In this document: positions 57,747 through 64,000 of the stretch, one piece after another
How positions within the stretch are numbered: the first letter of the stretch is position 1
Layout of the letters: the number at the start of each line of letters is the position of its first letter
From: a virus
Lineage: Duplodnaviria > Caudoviricetes
Reading direction: 5' to 3' (one strand)
DNA: 64,000 nucleotides
IMG/VR virus record: IMGVR_UViG_3300009161_000021
Translations under genes and position numbers: made by a program
The notes under the pieces: model-generated
What the model was told of the DNA's origin: nothing
The model's database searches: none
What the model saw: the letters and a program-made list of their open reading frames with translations, nothing else

Positions 57747-58108
57747 TACTTCTTGATCCTTTCAAAGATTTCTTCTTCTGAGATCTCAACGCTTGAGCTC
57801 TCTGATTCAGAGATTTGCTTTGATAAGTTAAGTAACTGCTCGTTGCTTTTTGACATACGCTCAAGGTACTTGGTTAAAGTTTGTCCAAGCGTTGCGTGAT
57901 CAGCAGCCGACCCACCCATCTGTGAATAAAGATCAGTGAAAAGAATGTGAGCGTTAGTTCGATCTACTACAGCATTCTCGTAGATTTCTTTCCAAAGCAT
58001 CTTTTTCTTTTCTGAAGCATTCTCGATTCCGTCCAAAATATCAGAAAACTGCTCGACTTTCTTGTCGTTTTCCTTCAGCTTCTCGAGCATCTTGTCTATC
58101 GTTCCCAT
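57746..58108 (-). CDS. Hypothetical helical protein, possibly terminase small subunit-like
   Basis: 120 aa; YLERMSKSNEQLLNLSKQI loosely resembles the gp16 C-terminal helix as recalled; coupled to the sigma gene. Confidence 0.35.
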   Translation of the reverse strand: MGTIDKMLEKLKENDKKVEQFSDILDGIENASEKKKMLWKEIYENAVVDRTNAHILFTDLYSQMGGSAADHATLGQTLTKYLERMSKSNEQLLNLSKQISESESSSVEISEEEIFERIKK

Positions 58109-58827
58109 CAGAGAAACCCTCCAGTACCTTTAGTTATTGTCCTGTAGTGTTTCCTGATGACTGACATCGCAGATCCTAACTGCTTTTGATTCAAATTCGA
58201 GATGTTCTTGACGTAGACAAAGACAGCTCTCTTATTCAGGAAATCAAGATCGTCGATCTGCTCAAACACAGTTATGATAGCATCGATGCAAGCCTGCTCA
58301 TGTGGTTGATTAAGAGACTTCTTGATCTTTCGAAGCATCTCAAGTATAGCATCTCGTTGTCCAGCACTTACTATCTGATCCTCTGGCGTTGATCCGATGA
58401 GAGTATTGTGGTACATCTCAGCTTCAGCTGATTTGCTTTCCTTCAGATCTTCTATCGATACGAATCTCTTAATCTTCTTCTGACGGTTCTTTGATGATAT
58501 TACGAGCCAATTTCTAGCCACAACGTTGAAGTACGAAAAAGCTTTTGTCCCGCGAGTCGCGTCAAATTTATGCAAAGACTCGTAGAGAAAAGTGACGCAG
58601 TCATTCTTCATGTGCTCAATTGGCTCATTGGGACTAGCGAAACCGTAGATGAAGATCAAACTTTCAACCAGCTTATCAAAAGCTGGCATAATCTTCCTGA
58701 GATAAAGCTCGTGTCGAATCTCATTCTCTGTAGCTAGCTGAAACAGCTCGATCGCTTTCTGAGTGTTAGCATCAAAGTATAGGGTTCCCGTTCCGTTACC
58801 CCTCTTTATTATTCTCTTCGTTCCCAC
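58108..58827 (-). CDS. Phage late sigma factor-like protein (gp55 / sigma-70 region 2)
   Basis: YFD..TQKAI...MKNDCVTFLYESLHKFD...KAFSYFNVVARNWL resembles gp55 region 2. Start uncertain (GTG 58827, ATG 58866 or track start 58929). Confidence 0.7.
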   Translation of the reverse strand: MGTKRIIKRGNGTGTLYFDANTQKAIELFQLATENEIRHELYLRKIMPAFDKLVESLIFIYGFASPNEPIEHMKNDCVTFLYESLHKFDATRGTKAFSYFNVVARNWLVISSKNRQKKIKRFVSIEDLKESKSAEAEMYHNTLIGSTPEDQIVSAGQRDAILEMLRKIKKSLNQPHEQACIDAIITVFEQIDDLDFLNKRAVFVYVKNISNLNQKQLGSAMSVIRKHYRTITKGTGGFL

Positions 58828-59110
58828 TGTCTTCTTCCTGTATTGAGGTAAGTTGATTTGCGACATACAGCACGGCTTCACGTGATTTTCTGATGTCTTC
58901 GACTGCCCTCTTGATCTCGGGAGAATCATAGAAGAGGGGAATTTTCAGTATCTTAGATATTGATTCGTAGCGTTTATCGAGAACATCAAGTGATTCCTCA
59001 ATCGCATCTTGAACCCTAAAGATTGCTGACGCAGCTCGAAATGCAAAAATCGAGACAAACGCAAGCAAAACAGTTTCTAAGAAGATTATCGTACCAAGAG
59101 CCCAGATCAT
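58796..59110 (-). CDS. Small membrane-anchored protein
   Basis: N-terminal hydrophobic helix MIWALGTIIFLETVLLAFVSIFAF followed by a coiled coil. Confidence 0.7.
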   Translation of the reverse strand: MIWALGTIIFLETVLLAFVSIFAFRAASAIFRVQDAIEESLDVLDKRYESISKILKIPLFYDSPEIKRAVEDIRKSREAVLYVANQLTSIQEEDSGNEENNKEG

Positions 59111-60267
59111 GCTAAAAATTGACCCAGCGCTCTTTCGTATTCTTCGTTGATAGCTTGAGGGCTGTGGCTTACCTTTAACTTCTCAGCAAGCTCTTGTGCC
59201 CACTGACGAGGAACATCCGGCGAAGACTTCAGCTTTCTTAGCTTTTTCTTAAAATCTTGCTCTCTAACATTTGCCCACTTTGATCCACGCATCCAGATGT
59301 GCTCATCGCATCTAGACTCATGGACTTCTTCCAGGTCGTACTCAAATTTGACGAACTTTCCTAACTTCATGAAGTCCATGTGTCCAGTACCGTCAGTTGC
59401 CGCGACTGGGAGACCTGATGCTGATGCCTCAAGAAGTGGTAGCCCGAAACCCTCTCCACGAGTTGGAGAAACAAGAGCTTTGATCTTTGGATGCTTGTAA
59501 AGACCAACAATCTCATCGTTAGACATCATTCCGTGAATAATATGAACTTTCGGGAACGGTCCTCGTCTGACCTCTGAGACAGCTTTCGAGATCATATTCT
59601 GAACTCCGTCCCAATCGACACGCGTTCCACGACCCACGTTGGTCTTAAGGACTATTCCAACGTCAGGATCATTCGCAAATTCCTCACAGAGCCACTTCAA
59701 CGCAAAAAAGATATTCTTTCTGTCGTTGAAAGGGTTGTTCCCTGTCATAGTTCCTAAAATCAAGAAATTGAAATTTGTTTCAAGCTGCAAATCAAGCTTG
59801 TGATTTGATGTGATAACTTCGTTGGTGAAGCTTTCAGGAATCACAAGAACAGGTGTCCTCACGTTGCCTGAATTTCTTAAGGTCTTTTCACAAAACGTTG
59901 ACGGCATAACGACGACATTCATTCTGTTGCAAGCATCGACCCAGCCAGAATAGCACTTGTCAGCTTCCACAAGTGCAGTGATTCCTACGTTAAAATTAGC
60001 TAGATTGGTGTCCCACTCGTTTGGGAGTTGAATCTGAAATGAAACATCAAATTTTTGGTCAACAGCTCCAGTTCTCTTCATGATCTCGCTGACAAGACCA
60101 CCCTCGGCATCAGGATTCACGTACCAGCTCGTGCTGCCCCAAGGAAGCACCTGAACCACTATCTGGTCCTCAGAGTGCTTGCTAAGTAACCAACGGAAAA
60201 CTTGACGCGCATGATTTCCGTAACCAGACTCGCTAAGAAGCGGACCACGTACTAGAATCTTCTTCAT
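59107..60267 (-). CDS. Glycosyltransferase, GT-B fold (GT4-like)
   Basis: SGYGNHAR N-terminal motif; TRGEGFGLPLLEASASGLPV is the EX7E motif. Confidence 0.9.
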   Translation of the reverse strand: MKKILVRGPLLSESGYGNHARQVFRWLLSKHSEDQIVVQVLPWGSTSWYVNPDAEGGLVSEIMKRTGAVDQKFDVSFQIQLPNEWDTNLANFNVGITALVEADKCYSGWVDACNRMNVVVMPSTFCEKTLRNSGNVRTPVLVIPESFTNEVITSNHKLDLQLETNFNFLILGTMTGNNPFNDRKNIFFALKWLCEEFANDPDVGIVLKTNVGRGTRVDWDGVQNMISKAVSEVRRGPFPKVHIIHGMMSNDEIVGLYKHPKIKALVSPTRGEGFGLPLLEASASGLPVAATDGTGHMDFMKLGKFVKFEYDLEEVHESRCDEHIWMRGSKWANVREQDFKKKLRKLKSSPDVPRQWAQELAEKLKVSHSPQAINEEYERALGQFLA

Positions 60268-61505
60268 ATCGTGACTTTCTCCCAGGACTTGTAACGACTT
60301 TTCCAGTTTTCTATTGTCTCGTTCAGAGTTTCATGCCATCTATCAATCACATTTTGGTAAGAGAACTCGCTCTGAACGTATGCTCTTGCCTTTTGACCAA
60401 GCTTCTTTCTTTCGTCTGGATCCATTCTGTACATCTTCTCTATCGCATCAGCCACAGTTTCATTTGAAACGTAGTCTTCGTAAATGTACGGAACAATTTG
60501 CGAGCCGACGCAAGTCTTGAATTCAACTGGAAGAGCTATTCCATTCTCAGTTCCATCTCGATGATCGACAACCTGCCTAGTCAGGCCTCCAGTTTTAACA
60601 GCGATAATCGGATTTCCACATTGCATAGCCTCAAGAGTCGGGAGACCGAATCCCTCTGCGTATGAGATGTTCATGCAAGCATCTGAGATGTTGTGCAGGA
60701 CATTCATCTTTTCAAAGTCTATTCTGTCAGTTGAAAAGATAACGCTATCTTGAACTCCGAACATCTTGACAACTTCGTGAAGATTCGGGCCCTCTTGGTC
60801 GAAAGGATCTGTGTGCATGATAAGAACTGCGTCTTTCTTACCTTGAGCGATCATTCTCTTAATGAAGATAGACCAAGCTTCGATCACATCAGAGGGTCTC
60901 TTACGACGGGCATTTCTGTTGACCCAAAAAAGAGTGAAGAAGTCCTTCTTGCTCTCTCCTAAAATTTCACGCTTGTTTATCTTGATCTGAGATTCTGGAA
61001 GCGGGTAAAAAAGCTGATCTGGAAGAGCGTGCGGAACGAAGTTTGTCTTCTCTGGAAAGTCTTGCTTACAGATTTCGTATGTAAGGTACGAGTGACAGTT
61101 GATTAGATCTGTCGATTTATAGAAGGGAGCATTGAACGAAGGCTTCGGCCAGTTGTCCCAAACGTGCCACCATGCTATTGGACAGACCTGGTGTATCTCG
61201 TCTTCCATCTCAAAAAGCCACGTAAAGAAACGCGGGTCCGTGAATATTAGGATAAGATCGGGCTTCTCTGTTGCTAGAGTGATCCTGAGCATCTCCTTCG
61301 TACCGAATCCGTCAATGGGTTTGATGATGAAATCTTCATTAACGACAATGGTTCGATAATCAGCGTGCTTCATCGCTGCTCCGAACTGCCTAAATGTCCA
61401 TTCTCCCTTCTGGAGAAGTCCATTTATGAGATGCCTTGTTTGAGTTCCAACGCCAGACGTTGAAAGAGCATGATCTGATAGGACTAAAATCTTCTTCTTA
61501 CGCAA
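60264..61505 (-). CDS. Glycosyltransferase, GT-B fold (GT4-like)
   Basis: TTG start at 61505 with AAGGAGG RBS; ILVLSD...SGVGTQ, NRNARRK, EGFGLPTLEAMQCG (EX7E). Confidence 0.9.
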   Translation of the reverse strand: MRKKKILVLSDHALSTSGVGTQTRHLINGLLQKGEWTFRQFGAAMKHADYRTIVVNEDFIIKPIDGFGTKEMLRITLATEKPDLILIFTDPRFFTWLFEMEDEIHQVCPIAWWHVWDNWPKPSFNAPFYKSTDLINCHSYLTYEICKQDFPEKTNFVPHALPDQLFYPLPESQIKINKREILGESKKDFFTLFWVNRNARRKRPSDVIEAWSIFIKRMIAQGKKDAVLIMHTDPFDQEGPNLHEVVKMFGVQDSVIFSTDRIDFEKMNVLHNISDACMNISYAEGFGLPTLEAMQCGNPIIAVKTGGLTRQVVDHRDGTENGIALPVEFKTCVGSQIVPYIYEDYVSNETVADAIEKMYRMDPDERKKLGQKARAYVQSEFSYQNVIDRWHETLNETIENWKSRYKSWEKVTI

Positions 61506-61552
61506 GAAATTGCCTCCTTGAAGAAAACTATGATTTCTGCGCAATAAGTAAA

Positions 61553-62347
61553 TTAGGTGCAGTGTTCTGTGTTCACGTAAGGGCAGTACAAGCATGACTG
61601 TCGATTCTTGACTTTCACGCCCTTACGCATCCCAGCGATAGTGTTCGAGACAAGTTTGTTCGCTTTCTGCATCGCCACAGGTCCGACAGATACAGTGAAG
61701 AGTTCAACGCACTTTCCGGGTTTCGCTCCCTTCTTCAGAAGGATGTATCCACACTTAACATAGCGAGCGCCGTCAAAAAGATCCCTATGCTTGTTCATCA
61801 GGTAGGACTTGTAGAGAGCAACCTGCGCTAGGGTGAGTGGGTTCTGCTTCTTGTCTGCTGACCAGCCCCCTGCGCCCGCCGTCTTCCAGTCTAGAACCCA
61901 GAGATCGTAACCACCCTTCTCACGAGGAACCTTGATGATGCAGTCAACGAATCCCTTGAAGTAAGCATCTCGATCCTCAATCGACTCGTAGAGCGCTTCC
62001 TCGGCAGACACCGTCTCCCACCCTGGGAAAGTCTCATCAAGCCATGCAGGAACTTCCTCGAGCGCATTCTTTGCCCATGTCGCCCACTTCTCAACCTCAG
62101 GGAATCCCTTGGAATCCCAAGCTGAAACGATGTCCATCAGGCAACGATCGACGTCCATGACTCGTGTCTTCAGGTAACCTTCACAGGCTGAGTGAACAGA
62201 CGTTCCAAAATCAAGATGCTCACTCGGCTTATCGAGGTTGATCTTCTTGATCTGCTGGAGATAGTGCCTGAATGGACACTCATTCCAATTTCGGACTTCC
62301 GAGTACGAGACGTGAGCTTTACCAGTAGGTAGAAGAGTATCAGACAA
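61553..62347 (-). CDS. PD-(D/E)XK nuclease, Cas4/AddB-like with probable Fe-S cysteines
   Basis: SYS...ECP, FGTSVH, GFVDCI...VLDWKT, QVALY, C-terminal CLYCPY....HC. TTG start at 62347 with GGAGG RBS. Confidence 0.85.
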   Translation of the reverse strand: MSDTLLPTGKAHVSYSEVRNWNECPFRHYLQQIKKINLDKPSEHLDFGTSVHSACEGYLKTRVMDVDRCLMDIVSAWDSKGFPEVEKWATWAKNALEEVPAWLDETFPGWETVSAEEALYESIEDRDAYFKGFVDCIIKVPREKGGYDLWVLDWKTAGAGGWSADKKQNPLTLAQVALYKSYLMNKHRDLFDGARYVKCGYILLKKGAKPGKCVELFTVSVGPVAMQKANKLVSNTIAGMRKGVKVKNRQSCLYCPYVNTEHCT

Positions 62348-63437
62348 GCTCCCTCCGCGACTTCTGCAGGGCGGATCCAACAACCTGATGCATGTCGTAG
62401 TACTTGTACTCGGCAAGACGACCACCGAATATCACGTTTGACTCACTCTCAGCTGCTTCCTTGTACATTCGATAAACCTCATTGTTTTTTTCATCGCCGA
62501 TTGGATAGTAGGGAGTCGCGTCTCGACTCCACGCGATCGGGTACTCTCTAGTATAGATCGTGCTTGTCAGCTTATCAAGACGTTCTGGGGTGAAATGCTT
62601 GTGCTCAGTGATCCGTGTGTATGGGATCCCAGCTTCACCGTAGTTGATGATAGCGTTGCCTTGGAAATCACCATCACGGCGTTCCTCCTCAAACCGAAGC
62701 GAACGATACTCGAGATCGCCGAACTTGTAATTGAAGAACTCGTCAATCTTTCCAGTGTATACGATACGCTTCGCCATCGAGTTCCAACGATCTCTATCCT
62801 TAAAGTAATCCTCGTTAAGAGCGAGATCGCATCCCTGCAGCATCGACTTGAAGATACTGGTGTATCCCTCCTTTGGAATTCCCTGGTACGTATCGTTGAA
62901 GTAGTTGTCATCAAAAGTCATCCTAATCGGAAGACGCTTGATGATCGATGCAGGTAGATCTTTAGGATCGCGCATCCACTGCTTCATCGTGTAGCCTCGA
63001 ATGAAGATCTCGTAAATTTCAGGACCAACTTGGGAGAGGATCCACTCCTCAAGATTACGAGGGTTCTCGCATGGAACACGAACCTCATTCAGCTTTTTGA
63101 CTGCCTCATCCGGGCTGGTCACTCCCCACACCTGATGCAGGGTCATCAGGTTGATCGGGAACGAGTACAGCTTGTCCCCGTGCTTGACCTTCGGTCGCAA
63201 CGTGAAATTGTTGAACTCAGTGAATTGATTCATGAACTTCCAGATCCGGTCATCGGATGTATGGAAGATGTGTGGGCCGTACTTGTGAACGTCAATTCCT
63301 TCACGACGCTCGCTGTAGCAGTTTCCGCCGATGTGCTCGCGTTTGTCTATCAGAAGAACCTGCTTGCCCTTACGACGAGCTTCATGAGCAAAAACACTTC
63401 CGAAAAGACCGGCGCCAATAATGAGATAGTCGTACAT
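62340..63437 (-). CDS. glf: UDP-galactopyranose mutase
   Basis: IIGAGLFG (FAD binding), HIGGNCY, YGPHIFHT, YQGIPKEGYT, LEYRSLRF, TRITEHKHF, PYYP, GRLAEYKYYDMHQ. Confidence 0.96.
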   Translation of the reverse strand: MYDYLIIGAGLFGSVFAHEARRKGKQVLLIDKREHIGGNCYSERREGIDVHKYGPHIFHTSDDRIWKFMNQFTEFNNFTLRPKVKHGDKLYSFPINLMTLHQVWGVTSPDEAVKKLNEVRVPCENPRNLEEWILSQVGPEIYEIFIRGYTMKQWMRDPKDLPASIIKRLPIRMTFDDNYFNDTYQGIPKEGYTSIFKSMLQGCDLALNEDYFKDRDRWNSMAKRIVYTGKIDEFFNYKFGDLEYRSLRFEEERRDGDFQGNAIINYGEAGIPYTRITEHKHFTPERLDKLTSTIYTREYPIAWSRDATPYYPIGDEKNNEVYRMYKEAAESESNVIFGGRLAEYKYYDMHQVVGSALQKSRRELV

Positions 63438-63483
63438 GGCTTATATTAAACCACGTACGACCACTTTTTAAGCTCCAGATCAG

Positions 63484-63999
63484 CTACTGCTTAAGATAGT
63501 CCTCTAGCACAACCTTCGGAGTCCAGCCGAGCTCCTCACGAGCTCGCATGTTGTTTGCTAGGGTCTCACGAGTCTCTCCGACTCTCTCAGCAACGTAGAT
63601 ACGGTCTCCTCCGATCATAACGGCGAGATCATTGATAGAGTAGTTTCGACCCGTTCCGATGTTCACTGGACCAGTTACATTCAGCTTCTCTGCTGCTAAC
63701 AAGTTCGCCTCAACAGCATCGCTGATGTGTGTGAAATCCCGACGCTGCTTCCCGTCACCCACGATCGTCATCGGTTGTCCAGCTTCCTTCTGTCGTTTGA
63801 ACAGGCCCATAACTGGTGCGTACTCACCCTTCAGAGGTTCACGAGGACCGTAGACATTGAAGTATCGCAGAGACACAGTCGAAAGACCGTACAACTTGGT
63901 GTAAAGATCGCAGACTTCTTCACCCTGCCATTTGGAAAGAGAATACGGGGTAGCGCAACCCTTTGGAGCATACTCAAGAAACGGTGGCAGCGATGCATG
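63484..63999 (-). CDS. NAD-dependent epimerase/dehydratase (extended SDR), 5' end outside window
   Basis: Frame is open to the window edge; PYSLSK (YxxxK), LRYFNVYGP, GDGKQRRDFTHISD, NIGTG. Confidence 0.92.
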   Translation of the reverse strand, partial: HASLPPFLEYAPKGCATPYSLSKWQGEEVCDLYTKLYGLSTVSLRYFNVYGPREPLKGEYAPVMGLFKRQKEAGQPMTIVGDGKQRRDFTHISDAVEANLLAAEKLNVTGPVNIGTGRNYSINDLAVMIGGDRIYVAERVGETRETLANNMRAREELGWTPKVVLEDYLKQ

Positions 64000-64000
64000 A

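Noticed and set aside
61553-62347. CRISPR adaptation module
   Set aside because: Solo Cas4-like nuclease with no cas1, cas2 or array nearby.
59107-63999. Host O-antigen or cell-wall locus, implying a prophage boundary or chimeric contig
   Set aside because: Genes overlap continuously into the phage sigma and baseplate genes, and no flippase, polymerase, integrase or att site is visible.
1-64000. Stop-codon reassignment, as seen in some huge phages
   Set aside because: Conserved genes are full length under code 11, and TAA, TGA and TAG each end a gene (for example TAG at 63484).
1-64000. tRNA genes, CRISPR array, diversity-generating retroelement, introns or inteins
   Set aside because: Intergenic gaps are under about 115 nt. 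No repeat-spacer array, reverse transcriptase, template/variable repeat pair or homing endonuclease motif was seen, and terminase, portal and primase are uninterrupted.

Overview
The window is part of a large lytic T4-like myovirus genome (probably a jumbo or huge phage). Essentially all genes are on the minus strand, tightly packed and often translationally coupled, and they read in the standard genetic code. In transcription order (64000 to 1) it holds: a nucleotide-sugar and glycosylation cluster (SDR epimerase, UDP-galactopyranose mutase, a Cas4-like nuclease, two GT4 glycosyltransferases); a gp55-like late sigma factor; a baseplate block (gp5-like, gp25, gp6, gp7-like) followed by about 20 kb of large LamG, Fn3-like and fibre proteins; RuvC, primase and a fused Mre11-Rad50 gene; terminase, portal, prohead protease, scaffold and major capsid protein; a four-gene cassette (LysM protein, Pol-beta-like nucleotidyltransferase, RNA-ligase-like/HxGH fusion, peptidoglycan-binding protein); neck proteins, a tail terminator and two tandem tail sheath genes. 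The most interesting candidates are (i) the cassette between capsid and neck genes, which combines three nucleotidyltransferase folds and shares putative head-targeting and protease motifs, (ii) a recurrent ATA-N-YTA-R motif 15-33 nt upstream of late genes, a candidate promoter for the encoded sigma factor, and (iii) a possible virion glycosylation system (Galf/GT cluster plus [S/T]-G-S-rich structural proteins). All calls come from motif recognition by eye; no database searches were run. No tRNA, CRISPR array, intron, intein or retroelement was seen.
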